IMG/VR virus record: IMGVR_UViG_3300028585_000008
Location: 1-43,552 of that record
Length of the DNA: 43,552 nucleotides
Reading direction: 5' to 3' (one strand)
DNA from: a virus
Taxonomy: Duplodnaviria > Caudoviricetes
Shown here: positions 28,642 through 37,132 of the stretch, piece after piece
Layout of the letters: each line of letters begins with the position of its first letter
Numbering within the stretch: position 1 is the stretch's first letter
The notes under the pieces: model-generated
What the model was told of the DNA's origin: nothing
What the model saw: only the letters and a program-made list of their open reading frames with translations
Database searches by the model: none
Program-made: the position numbers and the translations under genes

Positions 28642-28919
28642 CAGACACCCGCCTCAACTCGCTGCTAGAGGTCGGTACGCTCGCCCTGATCGGCCTGTTC
28701 TCCGCTGTCCTCGCCGGCCTGTCGATCCGCAAGGGCGATGCCAGCGGCGCGGCTGCATGGTCCGCGATCCTGATGGCGATCATCAACACGATCAAGGAAA
28801 GCCGCTCAAGCCGCACGATTGATCGGATGGGGCAGCAGCTTGCCGCAGCTTCGCCACCTAGCGATGGGCCGGCCGGCACGCCAAGCGATCCCGTGGCTGT
28901 GAAGGAGGTAACGCCGTGA
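28638..28919 (+). CDS. Holin candidate (2 TM)
   Basis: Two hydrophobic helices and a charged C-terminal tail; between endolysin and spanins. Confidence 0.6.
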   Translation: MTDTRLNSLLEVGTLALIGLFSAVLAGLSIRKGDASGAAAWSAILMAIINTIKESRSSRTIDRMGQQLAAASPPSDGPAGTPSDPVAVKEVTP

Positions 28920-29416
28920 CAATCCTATGGCTGCTCTCAAACTGGCGCTGGCTCCTAGGCGCCATAGCAACCGCCACCCTAGCCATCCTCCTCACCACCA
29001 CCACGATCGACCGCGACCAGTGGCGCGCTACGGCTCGCAAGGCAGACGCGACGATCGCCAAGTTCACCGTCGCGCAAGATACCGCACAAAAGGCTGCACA
29101 AGCCGCCCACGACGCTCAGGAACAACGCTATAAGGATCTCGCCAATGCTGCCGACAAGGATCATGCCGCTGCGCTCGCTGATGCTGGGACTGCCACTGAT
29201 CGTTGGATCGCTGCTCACCGGGTGCCAGTCTGCCCCGCTAGTCGTGCAGCCGGCGGTTCCGTTGCCGGCACCTCGGGTAGCGGTGCCGAAAGTCCTGTCC
29301 GATCCGATCCGGCGCCCGGGATGGTTGCCGTCTCGCCCGAGTCCATCCACATCTGCACCGACAACACGCTGAGGCTTGAAGCGGCGCAGGATTGGGCGGT
29401 GGGGCTTAATCAGTAG
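28916..29416 (+). CDS. Inner-membrane spanin (Rz-like)
   Basis: N-terminal TM, Ala-rich coiled coil, last gene of the lysis cassette. Confidence 0.75.
   Translation: MTILWLLSNWRWLLGAIATATLAILLTTTTIDRDQWRATARKADATIAKFTVAQDTAQKAAQAAHDAQEQRYKDLANAADKDHAAALADAGTATDRWIAAHRVPVCPASRAAGGSVAGTSGSGAESPVRSDPAPGMVAVSPESIHICTDNTLRLEAAQDWAVGLNQ
29145..29372 (+). CDS. Outer-membrane spanin lipoprotein (Rz1-like), embedded in Rz
   Basis: +1 frame inside Rz, lipobox LLTGC (Cys codon 29223), Pro-rich mature part. Confidence 0.7.
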   Translation: MLPTRIMPLRSLMLGLPLIVGSLLTGCQSAPLVVQPAVPLPAPRVAVPKVLSDPIRRPGWLPSRPSPSTSAPTTR

Positions 29417-29621
29417 GCGGTGCGGGTAGCGGCATCCAATGCGTTGGGTTACCTCTATGATTGCAGCCCGTCATGGCGTTGTCCTGCCACCAGCCACAGT
29501 CGCTCCAAAGCGAAGAAACGATCGCCGGGTTATCGGGCCAATCACCAAGATCAGGTATAAACAGGAGTAGGTCTGTACCATCCTTCGGCGCTGTCTCAAT
29601 CGGCTGCCAAGTCAAAGTCAC
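29406..29621 (-). CDS. DUF551-family protein
   Basis: WQPIETAPKDG...PTHWMPLPAPP. Confidence 0.85.
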   Translation of the reverse strand: MTLTWQPIETAPKDGTDLLLFIPDLGDWPDNPAIVSSLWSDCGWWQDNAMTGCNHRGNPTHWMPLPAPPTD

Positions 29622-29908
29622 CTCCTCCCAGCCATAATCTGCAACTGAGCCTGATTCTGTAGCGCCGCTTCAAACCGTGCCTGATAGGGCTTGCTGTCTT
29701 CGCCCCACCCATCTTCTAGCATGGTACGAGTCAACAAAGAGGTACCGTATGCCCTGACAGTTTCCATCTCACTCGGCGTCAGAACCCTCGTATTCAGCGC
29801 CCACCACAAGTCGTCCTTTTGCTTCTGAGTGAGGCAGGCTTTCTTCGCACTCATGTAGGCAATCGCTGGTGGCGATCCTTGGTTCATTAAATCCCAGCAG
29901 AATGTCAT
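29618..29908 (-). CDS. Hypothetical protein
   Basis: Overlap-coupled member of the leftward gene array. Confidence 0.6.
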   Translation of the reverse strand: MTFCWDLMNQGSPPAIAYMSAKKACLTQKQKDDLWWALNTRVLTPSEMETVRAYGTSLLTRTMLEDGWGEDSKPYQARFEAALQNQAQLQIMAGRR

Positions 29909-29956
29909 CTCACCATCCTATCGCATCACCCCGCCAACGCCAGCAGGGTTTCGGGG

Positions 29957-30220
29957 TTAGTCGCCAGTGGCAACAATGGGCGCTTCAAGAGCCTCATCAA
30001 CCTTTTCGGCAATCGATTCGTGGAACTGAGCGATAAGGAACCGCTCGCGCTGCGCATCAAGATCGCGCCACCACATCTGCCAGATAATCGTATCAGCCGC
30101 TTCATGATCACCAGCCGCGACAAGGCGATCGACCACAGCCTTGAGGTGCACGTTGTTCAGCGCTCGGTGCTTGCTGACGGCCTGCGGTTTGTAGCCAGAA
30201 TAGACCTCGCTCGCCTTCAT
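29957..30220 (-). CDS. Hypothetical protein (MKASEVYSG...)
   Basis: AGGAG RBS, TGATG coupling. Confidence 0.6.
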   Translation of the reverse strand: MKASEVYSGYKPQAVSKHRALNNVHLKAVVDRLVAAGDHEAADTIIWQMWWRDLDAQRERFLIAQFHESIAEKVDEALEAPIVATGD

Positions 30221-30624
30221 CACATCTCCTTCCCTTGAGGTTCGAGGGCGGCTCGGGCTGTGGACCGCACATGCTCTACCCAACCGTGAGTAATACCTGG
30301 TCCGTAATCTCGGATATGTTCCAACGCCGCCCGCAACCGCAGCACTTCATCGCTGGGTGTGGCTGCGGTTGCCGATAGGGCGGCGAGAGTATCCCGCACG
30401 ATAGGAATAACTGCTCCTGCCGCCTTCTCGTAACGACGCCAAGCGCGGTGAAACAGCATGACGCGCGGTTCATCCGTGAACGGGTCTCGGTATTCCCGTC
30501 GATCGTCTTCGGGCCAGTCCCCCTCGAAATTGTGCTGGTAGAGCGTGTTAGGACTGAATCCCCGTTCAGAACAGATCGCCCGCGCCACAGCCTCCACCAG
30601 CGCCTCGTGTTGGGGGTTCGTCAT
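30220..30624 (-). CDS. Hypothetical protein (MTNPQHEALVEAVARAI...)
   Basis: ATGA coupling; VEAVARAI and ARAALE motifs common in phage early genes. Confidence 0.65.
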   Translation of the reverse strand: MTNPQHEALVEAVARAICSERGFSPNTLYQHNFEGDWPEDDRREYRDPFTDEPRVMLFHRAWRRYEKAAGAVIPIVRDTLAALSATAATPSDEVLRLRAALEHIRDYGPGITHGWVEHVRSTARAALEPQGKEM

Positions 30625-30779
30625 GGCAACATAACCCTTATGACTGTCAGGATCGGGATTGCGATGATGGCTAGGAGGACCACCAGCGCAATTAGCGAGC
30701 ACCATCCACCCGGCCCTTCGTCAGGCGAGCCGGGATCTAAACCCGGAACGCCCGCGCCTATCCCAAGCAGCTTGCTCAC
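30621..30779 (-). CDS. Small membrane protein (52 aa)
   Basis: GTGA coupling, C-terminal hydrophobic helix LIALVVLLAIIAIPIL. Confidence 0.5.
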   Translation of the reverse strand: MSKLLGIGAGVPGLDPGSPDEGPGGWCSLIALVVLLAIIAIPILTVIRVMLP

Positions 30780-30988
30780 CACTCCCCCACATCGGTTGCC
30801 GGGGCGGCGGGGAGTGGCGCTGTCCGGTCGAACATATCCTCGCCGTTGACGCGCCGTGTCTCTAAGCCGCACGCTTCGCACACGAACGCCTGCTTTTTCT
30901 CGTCCCTGTGCATCCGCATCATGGTTGAGCAGCCACCGCAGTACGGCACGTAGCCCGGCTCGCCGAGAGATGGACCGAACCGGCTCAC
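30776..30988 (-). CDS. Small Zn-ribbon protein
   Basis: CGGC...CEAC; GTGA coupling. Confidence 0.55.
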   Translation of the reverse strand: MSRFGPSLGEPGYVPYCGGCSTMMRMHRDEKKQAFVCEACGLETRRVNGEDMFDRTAPLPAAPATDVGEW

Positions 30989-31485
30989 TGTTCCCGCGCC
31001 CCATGCTGGCGGGCGAGGGCGAGCGCGTGACATGCTGCTTTCGTGTCCATGACGATAAGCTGATCACCTTGCTGGATGTAGACCATAGAGCCGACGAGGA
31101 CGTGCAGCGGTTTTAACCCGTCGTTGTCGATCTCGACGGCGTTCGGTCCTAAGCCATGCTGCTCCGAAGCATTACCGTTGAGTGCGGTATCAGCTTTCGC
31201 GATAGCACGGCCGAGACCGAAGAACGGTGCGCCTCCAAGATGCGTGCCATTGTCAGAGTTGTATTTGTCCATTGCCGTGAGAACTGAATTGGCCTTATCG
31301 CGCAGGTCTATCAACGCCTCCACCACCCCCGGCTCGGCCTCTGCCTGCCTGAGCGCTAAGGCCTCGTCGCATTCTGGAACATCGTATGTTTCCTTGAATA
31401 CCTGCCAGCCCACCTGCTGGTCATGGCTAAGATCACTACGCTTGATGACGATATAATCGCCTTCGCGCTCAACCACACTGGTCAT
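30985..31485 (-). CDS. Hypothetical protein
   Basis: 166 aa, ATGA coupling. Confidence 0.65.
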   Translation of the reverse strand: MTSVVEREGDYIVIKRSDLSHDQQVGWQVFKETYDVPECDEALALRQAEAEPGVVEALIDLRDKANSVLTAMDKYNSDNGTHLGGAPFFGLGRAIAKADTALNGNASEQHGLGPNAVEIDNDGLKPLHVLVGSMVYIQQGDQLIVMDTKAACHALALARQHGAREQ

Positions 31486-31931
31486 GATTTTGGGCCGCTA
31501 TCCGAGATGAAAGCCGCCAGACCATCGTCACAAGCGTTCAGCCGTGACGGCCTCCACGCGCGGACCACGCCCTGACCCTGTACGAACTCGTCTTGTGTCC
31601 AGCACCAGCCTGCGAACTTCCATTCGTCAACGCCGTGATTATCAAAGCCGTTGAAGCCGATGGTGCAGGCCAGCCGCGCATCGCTAAGCGGATGATCACC
31701 ATGTAGATAATCGACAACCAGTTCAACCAGCGTGTCGTCTTTTGGTGCAGTATCGATCGGCTGCCACTGTCCGGCGTGAGTTCCGAGCAACGCCAAAACG
31801 CGTTCGGCTATTTCAGCAGCATTGTTCTGCCGCTCGTTGCGCTTGTCATCACTGAGAAGCGCTGCATCATCCCAAGCATAGGGGTCGATGATCTGGGCGG
31901 CTTGCTCTAGAGCCTGTTCTGTCGGGTTCAT
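31482..31931 (-). CDS. Hypothetical protein with DUF551-like WQPIDTAPKD motif
   Basis: Motif shared with 29406-29621; ATGA coupling. Confidence 0.65.
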   Translation of the reverse strand: MNPTEQALEQAAQIIDPYAWDDAALLSDDKRNERQNNAAEIAERVLALLGTHAGQWQPIDTAPKDDTLVELVVDYLHGDHPLSDARLACTIGFNGFDNHGVDEWKFAGWCWTQDEFVQGQGVVRAWRPSRLNACDDGLAAFISDSGPKS

Positions 31932-32185
31932 TTGTTTATGTCCTTTTCGTTATCTGCCTGCCTGAGCGCGGTTACGATGGCGGATGCCTTCTCAATACTA
32001 TCCGCGACGACTAAATTCTTCCGTCGTTCAGCCGATCGCTTCATCATGGCGATCTGCTTCGGGTCTTCGGGAAGACGGCCCTCTCCGCGCAATATTTCAA
32101 GAAAGCGGTTACGCCGCGCCCATGCGTCCGGAGATATGATCCGTGCCAGCGCCTCAATCTGCGCCGCGAGGGTGGGGTCGGTCAT
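31928..32185 (-). CDS. Hypothetical protein
   Basis: ATGA coupling at both ends. Confidence 0.6.
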   Translation of the reverse strand: MTDPTLAAQIEALARIISPDAWARRNRFLEILRGEGRLPEDPKQIAMMKRSAERRKNLVVADSIEKASAIVTALRQADNEKDINK

Positions 32186-32328
32186 AGCGGGTGCCCTACA
32201 GAACCATCGTCATAGAGCGGTCGCGTACCGTTCCAGTTGATGTAGCCGATAAAGCGCCGAGGATAGCCATCAGCAGCGCTTTTCTGCGCCAACTTCCGCA
32301 CGCGATCGTTGTTCGGTTTGTTCGTCAC
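32182..32328 (-). CDS. Small hypothetical protein (48 aa), below ORF-track cutoff
   Basis: GGAG RBS; GTGA/ATGA overlaps fill the gap exactly. Confidence 0.5.
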   Translation of the reverse strand: MTNKPNNDRVRKLAQKSAADGYPRRFIGYINWNGTRPLYDDGSVGHPL

Positions 32329-32510
32329 TTCCGCTCTCCTTCCAGATATGCGCGAGCATCACACCACCCGCGATTGAATAGGCGCTCGCTCCAAGTTGCG
32401 TCACCCTTAGGTATGGGTGGGCCTGCCTCACCCCGGAGAAAGCTTTCCTCACCGCGCTCGTAAGGTGTCACACTCAACCCAGCCGCGATGGCCGCGATAT
32501 CCCCGCTCAC
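32325..32510 (-). CDS. Hypothetical protein
   Basis: GTGA coupling, AGGAG RBS. Confidence 0.55.
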   Translation of the reverse strand: MSGDIAAIAAGLSVTPYERGEESFLRGEAGPPIPKGDATWSERLFNRGWCDARAYLEGERK

Positions 32511-32860
32511 TTGGTGGGCTCCTTCGAGAGGGCGCGGAGATGTGAAGCGATACGCCGAGCGCCTTCTTCGTAACCAAGAGTAAAATCGTCCGGTGTGTCC
32601 GTCTTCCTTGCGTGGGTATCAGCCACCTCCGCAGCCGCCCGCACCCCTTCCGCACGGCCAACCTCGTAGGATGCTGCGATTGCGGCAACAGCAGCGGCAT
32701 ACGGACCATCCGGGTTGAGCGACTTCGCGCTTCGGATTAGCAACGCTACCGAGGGTTGGCCACGCATCGAATATTCATGAGCGAGCAGCTCGCGCGCCTT
32801 GTCCTCGACCCGTTGCACCTCCATGCTCTCCGCAACCGGCGTTGCATCCTTACTCATCAT
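32507..32860 (-). CDS. Hypothetical protein (MMSKDATP...)
   Basis: ATGA coupling to the upstream HAD gene. Confidence 0.6.
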   Translation of the reverse strand: MMSKDATPVAESMEVQRVEDKARELLAHEYSMRGQPSVALLIRSAKSLNPDGPYAAAVAAIAASYEVGRAEGVRAAAEVADTHARKTDTPDDFTLGYEEGARRIASHLRALSKEPTK

Positions 32861-33258
32861 GCGGGCACCTGCTTGTTCCACGGCTTGAAGGCCAGCAGCT
32901 TGTCCGTGGTGTAGTCGGCCCATGAGCCGGTAAATGTCAGCGCGCGGTCGTCGATCGTGATGAGGGCTGGCGGCTTCTCTTTTGGCCACTTGATCGCGGC
33001 GAGGATTGGGTCAGCATCACCGGCGTCCATCTCGCGATAGAAGTTCAGTTTGAGATAGAACTGCATCGCCTCAATCCCCATCGGCTGATTGCTGCGGGAT
33101 GAGAAAATCGCGACCGTGAAAACTTTCGAGGCATCCGTGATGAACCTGACAGTGCCCGGAACAATTGGGTCGGGGATCACGTCAGCACCCTTCCACCCAC
33201 TGTCATAGCCATGGATTACGCCGTCAAAGTCGAGACATAGAATAGGCTTACTCATCAT
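32857..33258 (-). CDS. HAD-superfamily phosphatase-like protein
   Basis: Motif I LCLDFDGVIH, motif II IFSSR, motif IV ITIDDRA. Confidence 0.75.
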   Translation of the reverse strand: MMSKPILCLDFDGVIHGYDSGWKGADVIPDPIVPGTVRFITDASKVFTVAIFSSRSNQPMGIEAMQFYLKLNFYREMDAGDADPILAAIKWPKEKPPALITIDDRALTFTGSWADYTTDKLLAFKPWNKQVPA

Positions 33259-33676
33259 ACGGGCCTTTGTGGTTTTGGGTGGGGGTGCTGGCGCGGAGGG
33301 CGCGTAGACCTGCCGGCATGTAGCGAGCGCGGCGAAGCGCGGCGCGAACGGCTGGCGTGTTCGGAATCGCCGGCCCCGCATTGCCGTCGATGCGGCCGGG
33401 CTCAGGTGAGACAGCGAACCTTTCGACGATCTCACACGGCACCGGGAAGCGATCGAACGCAGGCGCAGTGCCGTACCGATGCTTATGGTAGTAGCCAGGG
33501 TTCGCGTCGATCCGATCTCGGCTGTATTTGCCAGCCCACGGCAGCGGATAGGCGTATCCGGCATCCTCCGGGCGCCATAGCGTGATGTACCGATTGCGCC
33601 GGAACTCAGACCGTACGTCCACGATGTAGAACACCCGCGCCTCTTGCCCCGCCAGCGCCTCCAACTCGGGGGTCAT
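33248..33676 (-). CDS. Hypothetical protein (MTPELEALAG...)
   Basis: YITLWRPEDAGY...AGKYS aromatic core; ATGA coupling to the MTase. Confidence 0.65.
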   Translation of the reverse strand: MTPELEALAGQEARVFYIVDVRSEFRRNRYITLWRPEDAGYAYPLPWAGKYSRDRIDANPGYYHKHRYGTAPAFDRFPVPCEIVERFAVSPEPGRIDGNAGPAIPNTPAVRAALRRARYMPAGLRALRASTPTQNHKGPYDE

Positions 33677-34464
33677 GCTGCGATCCTTTCGCCGGTACCG
33701 AGCCGGGAAGCCGCAACAGCCATGCAATCAACCCGCTCGCCTTTGAACAGTTCGGTGTATTCGTTCTTTTCGATTCCGATGAACCGCCGTTGCTCGCGTT
33801 GAGCTGCAACAAGGAAGCTGCCGCTACCAAAAGCGTTATCCAGAACGAGATCACCGGGATTTGAATATGTGCGGATCAGGTATTGCCCCAGCCCGACCGG
33901 CTTCTGGGTAGAGTGCCAAACCGTTCGCTCCGGTTCGCTCTCTGCGGTCTTGAAGTAGACCACATCCGTAGGGTAGCGGCCTCCTTCGCTCCTCACATGG
34001 GATGCGGAAAAGTCACCGTAAGATCCGGTCTGCTGATCTTTCCGGACACCTTTGTCGTAGGCTGCACCCTCGCCCATTTGCGGGTTATAGGTAGGCTTTC
34101 CTGGGTAAAAAACGCACACATCCTCATGCTTCCGAAGCGGTTGCTTTTTGGCATTGAGGAAATTGGTCGCCTTCGACTTCTCCCAAACCAGCTTGTACCG
34201 GAACCAGTCTTCGTTGGAGAGGATCAGCCGAGCGGTAAATGCGCCTTGCGATGTCAGCACGATCGCGCCGGAAGGTTTGAGCAGGCGGCGGTATTCCGAC
34301 CATAGCCCCGGCAGGTCAATAACGCTGTCCCAGCGATTCTGCGTCGTGCCGTAGGGTAGGTCGCATAGGATGAGATCGACGCTGCTGCTTGGCAACGCAG
34401 GCATAACGGCTAGGCAATCGCCCTCGTAGAGCACGCCGCCTGCCACTTCCACCCGCCCGCTCAC
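33673..34464 (-). CDS. Orphan N6-adenine/N4-cytosine DNA methyltransferase (beta class)
   Basis: GDCL, catalytic motif IV DLPY, HSTQKP and SAM-binding LDNAFGSGS; GTG start coupled to upstream stop. Confidence 0.9.
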   Translation of the reverse strand: MSGRVEVAGGVLYEGDCLAVMPALPSSSVDLILCDLPYGTTQNRWDSVIDLPGLWSEYRRLLKPSGAIVLTSQGAFTARLILSNEDWFRYKLVWEKSKATNFLNAKKQPLRKHEDVCVFYPGKPTYNPQMGEGAAYDKGVRKDQQTGSYGDFSASHVRSEGGRYPTDVVYFKTAESEPERTVWHSTQKPVGLGQYLIRTYSNPGDLVLDNAFGSGSFLVAAQREQRRFIGIEKNEYTELFKGERVDCMAVAASRLGTGERIAA

Positions 34465-34646
34465 GACAGCGATCCAGCGAGAGGGGTGGAAACCACACGC
34501 CCAGCCATCCCCGGTGCCACTCCGGTGCAAAGTGCGTCGATACGCCCTTTGTTCTGTGCCCGTTCCCCGCAACCCACGGCGATAGGTGACGTATTCCTGC
34601 GCCTTACAGATGCAGGCCTTTCCCTCCGAAGGCAGGGGATGGTCAT
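34461..34646 (-). CDS. Hypothetical protein
   Basis: Bridges HNH and MTase with ATGA/GTGA overlaps; composition atypical. Confidence 0.35.
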   Translation of the reverse strand: MTIPCLRRERPASVRRRNTSPIAVGCGERAQNKGRIDALCTGVAPGMAGRVVSTPLAGSLS

Positions 34647-35212
34647 GCTGGCACCTGAGTGGTGCAGAGGCGGGCTGCATTGCGCTTCGGTGTTCCTGGC
34701 GTAGGAACCCAGCCGAGAGCAGACGATTGCGCGCGCCACATCTTTCCGGTGCGGATTTTACTCACCATAGAATGACCGATCGGCAGGCCTTGCGCGCACT
34801 GGCTGTTATCCCAGCCGCGTTGCAGACGTTCGACAACCTTAGCTAAGCCTTCTTCGGACAGCTTAGCATGGCCATTTTCCGCGCCTGATTGGCTTGCAGG
34901 GCCAGCCCATCTACCGCGTTCTTTCTTATCCTGCATGTTGTCGCCATGTGTTCCCCAGCGAAGGTGGTTGGGGTTGCAGCAAGGCGGGTTATCGCAAGAA
35001 TGCAGAGCGAAAAGCCCGATCGGGTCTTTGCCCGTCGCCAACTTCAGCGCGTATCGCGAGGCAGATCCTTTTCGGCCATACCGACCATAGCCGCCACGGG
35101 CGGTTTTCCCCTGCCAGAGCCAGCAATCATCCGCTCCGCGCACGCAAACTGTAGCCCAGAACGCCGAGTCGGCTTTGGGGTAGCTATCCGTGACTATTCC
35201 GTAGCCTGTCAT
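34643..35212 (-). CDS. HNH endonuclease with C-terminal DNA-binding domain
   Basis: DCWLWQG, GYG, ALHSCDNPPCCNPNHLRWGTHGDN, GAENGHAKL and VSKIRTGKMW motifs; GGAG RBS before ATG 35212. Confidence 0.85.
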   Translation of the reverse strand: MTGYGIVTDSYPKADSAFWATVCVRGADDCWLWQGKTARGGYGRYGRKGSASRYALKLATGKDPIGLFALHSCDNPPCCNPNHLRWGTHGDNMQDKKERGRWAGPASQSGAENGHAKLSEEGLAKVVERLQRGWDNSQCAQGLPIGHSMVSKIRTGKMWRAQSSALGWVPTPGTPKRNAARLCTTQVPA

Positions 35213-35276
35213 TCCGATTTGCTCCGATCGTGTCCGGTATGTTCCGGTTCGATGGATCTCGAATGACGCTTGGCCG

Positions 35277-35303
35277 AAAATATCCCGTGTAATCACAAGA
35301 TAT
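35277..35303 (-). terminator. Rho-independent terminator directly after the tRNA fragment
   Basis: Minus strand AUAUCUUGUG-AUUA-CACGGGAUAU hairpin (2 G-U pairs) followed by UUU. Confidence 0.6.
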
Positions 35304-35352
35304 TGGTCGGGGAGACAGGATTTGAACCTGCGACATCCTGCTCCCAAAGCAG
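35304..35352 (-). mobile_element. attP: attP core: 3' half of tRNA-Pro(TGG)
   Basis: Minus strand CTGCTTTGGGAGCAGGATGTCGCAGGTTCAAATCCTGTCTCCCCGACCA = anticodon arm (TGG), T-arm GTTCAAATC, acceptor 3' strand and CCA; abuts the integrase stop; no 5' half present. Confidence 0.9.
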
Positions 35353-36483
35353 TCATTCTATACCACCGTTTTCCGCAGTTTTTGTAGCAGTTGCGCTATC
35401 CTCTGACAATAGCGCTCCGTGATTATTCCGTGACTCCGTGTCAGCCATGATTGCGCGCAAATCGTCCTCCAGGACGTGCGCGTAACGGGATGTGGTCGCG
35501 ATATCGGTGTGACCAAGCAGCTTCTGAGCCGCCTTGAGGTTCCCGCTTGCGCGAACGATCCGGGTGGCGCTGGTATGCCGCAGGTCGTGGAAGCGAAAAT
35601 CGCTGATGCCGGCTTCCTTGAGGGCCGCGCTCCACTGGCGCTTCCAGCCCTCGGCACTGAACGGATAGCGGATACCCTTGCGCCGTGCTGGTCGGTCTGG
35701 TCGCGCCGGCGCCGGCCGCTGGCACTTGTAGGTGAAGACGAACGGGCAATCATCCAGACGCGGCCGACTCATGATGATCTCGACCATGCGGGCTGTCAGC
35801 GGGAAGACATGCCAGACGTTGCCCTTGGTATGAACGCGTGCCCTCGCTGCTGCGAGATCAACCTCGTCCCACTTCAAGCCGATCACCGCGCCGCGCCGCT
35901 GACCCGACAGGATCGCGAATTCGACCACTGCGCCAAGGTCATCTCCTAGGTGGGAAAGCAGATTGCGTTGATCGTCGGTGGACAGCTCGCGCACGCGCTC
36001 CCGCGGTTCGGCAAGCTTGAGATCCTTCCACTTGATCGCGCCGTCTGTATCGGGCTGCGGCACATCGAAGCCGCCAAGCCGAGCGTGCTTCATCACGCGC
36101 TGCAACAGGGCGATCTCTCGGTTCACGCTGGCGGGTGATACCGTCGCCCGGCGCTTGGCTACGAACGCGCGCATATCGGCCTGTTTGATGTCGTTGATGA
36201 ACTTGAGCCGGCCGATGATCGAGCAGAGATTGTCGAGCTGGTATTCCGTCGTGCCGGCGTTGTTCTCGTGCTGCCCCTTGTCGTTCCAGTACGACAGGCA
36301 GGCTGCATCGAGCGTGATGCCGGGCTTCGTGTCGTCGCCTAGCGCGACCTGGCGCTTGAGGTTGGCTTCGAAGACTTCTGCGTCTCGCTTTTTCGTGCAG
36401 CCCGTAGAGCCATGAAACCGCTGCTTGTTCCTCTGGAAATCGTACTGCCAGTAGGGCGAGCGCGGGTCTTTACGGATGGACAT
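35353..36483 (-). CDS. int: Tyrosine integrase
   Basis: SGQR (R), HTKG (K), FHDLRH (H-x-x-R), LLGH and SRY (catalytic Tyr). Confidence 0.95.
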   Translation of the reverse strand: MSIRKDPRSPYWQYDFQRNKQRFHGSTGCTKKRDAEVFEANLKRQVALGDDTKPGITLDAACLSYWNDKGQHENNAGTTEYQLDNLCSIIGRLKFINDIKQADMRAFVAKRRATVSPASVNREIALLQRVMKHARLGGFDVPQPDTDGAIKWKDLKLAEPRERVRELSTDDQRNLLSHLGDDLGAVVEFAILSGQRRGAVIGLKWDEVDLAAARARVHTKGNVWHVFPLTARMVEIIMSRPRLDDCPFVFTYKCQRPAPARPDRPARRKGIRYPFSAEGWKRQWSAALKEAGISDFRFHDLRHTSATRIVRASGNLKAAQKLLGHTDIATTSRYAHVLEDDLRAIMADTESRNNHGALLSEDSATATKTAENGGIE

Positions 36484-36662
36484 GGGTCATCTTTCCTGCG
36501 GCGGTCAGCGAGGTACGCATCGCAGTCTTCGGGGGTGTAACGGAACATGCGATCGGTGAGCGCGATATAGGCGATCTGCCCTGTCTGGCGAAGCTTGCGC
36601 AAGGTCCGCTCGCTCATGTTGAGGCGGTCTGCGGCCTCCTGCGCGGTCATGAGCGCCGTCAT
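36339..36662 (-). CDS. xis: Excisionase-like HTH protein
   Basis: LMTAQEAADRLNMSERTLRKLRQTGQI winged-HTH pattern, directly upstream of and overlapping int. Confidence 0.8.
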   Translation of the reverse strand: MTALMTAQEAADRLNMSERTLRKLRQTGQIAYIALTDRMFRYTPEDCDAYLADRRRKDDPCPSVKTRARPTGSTISRGTSSGFMALRAARKSETQKSSKPTSSARSR

Positions 36663-36844
36663 CGGATCATCCGCCCCAGCTTGGCGAGCGTCACCGGGCT
36701 GGCGTTCTCCGCGACCCAGCGGGCACGGCGGGACACTTCCTCGCTCGGGTCGGTCTCTGTCGCGCCGATCAGGGCCTCGCGGACGATGCGCGCGCGGCTG
36801 GCGAGCGTGGCGGCTGCGGTTGGGTGGGCTGCTGGGCGGGTCAT
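36659..36844 (-). CDS. Hypothetical protein
   Basis: ATGA coupling at both ends. Confidence 0.55.
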   Translation of the reverse strand: MTRPAAHPTAAATLASRARIVREALIGATETDPSEEVSRRARWVAENASPVTLAKLGRMIR

Positions 36845-36963
36845 GCGAAGTACTTCCAGAGCCAGTAGATGCAGCCGAAAAGCCCGATCACCACGTTGAT
36901 AATCTGGCACCACATGATGATGCGTAGTGTGCCGACTTCCCAAGGGCGGAAGGGCGCAGCCAT
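36841..36963 (-). CDS. Small membrane protein (40 aa)
   Basis: GAGG RBS; hydrophobic IIMWCQIINVVIGLFGCIYWLW. Confidence 0.55.
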   Translation of the reverse strand: MAAPFRPWEVGTLRIIMWCQIINVVIGLFGCIYWLWKYFA

Positions 36964-36970
36964 GCTGTCC

Positions 36971-37132
36971 TCAATTTCCACGCACCACCCCCTTCCCGAC
37001 CACCCAAAAGCTATCCCCCAGCCGCTCCCGATCGGTGCGCCGGCGCAGCTTCTCCGCCAGACAAGCGCCGACGATGGCATGATCTACGCGGAGCCAGATG
37101 TTGCGGTGCTGTAGGGTGAAGGCGGGCGTCAT
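36971..37132 (-). CDS. Hypothetical protein
   Basis: ATGA coupling, GAGG RBS. Confidence 0.45.
   Translation of the reverse strand: MTPAFTLQHRNIWLRVDHAIVGACLAEKLRRRTDRERLGDSFWVVGKGVVRGN

Noticed and set aside
31340-31969. 17-bp repeat TCTGCCTGCCTGAGCGC (31340-31356, 31953-31969) as a regulatory site
   Set aside because: Both copies are in-frame coding (ALRQA); more likely a remnant of gene-module recombination
33673-34680. 335-aa MTase start and a complete restriction-modification system
   Set aside because: Methyltransferase motifs begin only after GTG 34464, and no cognate restriction enzyme is recognisable
35304-35352. Functional tRNA-Pro gene
   Set aside because: Only the 3' half is present; the acceptor 5' strand and D-arm are replaced by the end of int
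35213-35356. HNH N-terminal extension from an ATG overlapping the int stop, reading through attP
   Set aside because: A terminator lies within it, the translation looks random, and ATG 35212 has its own GGAG RBS
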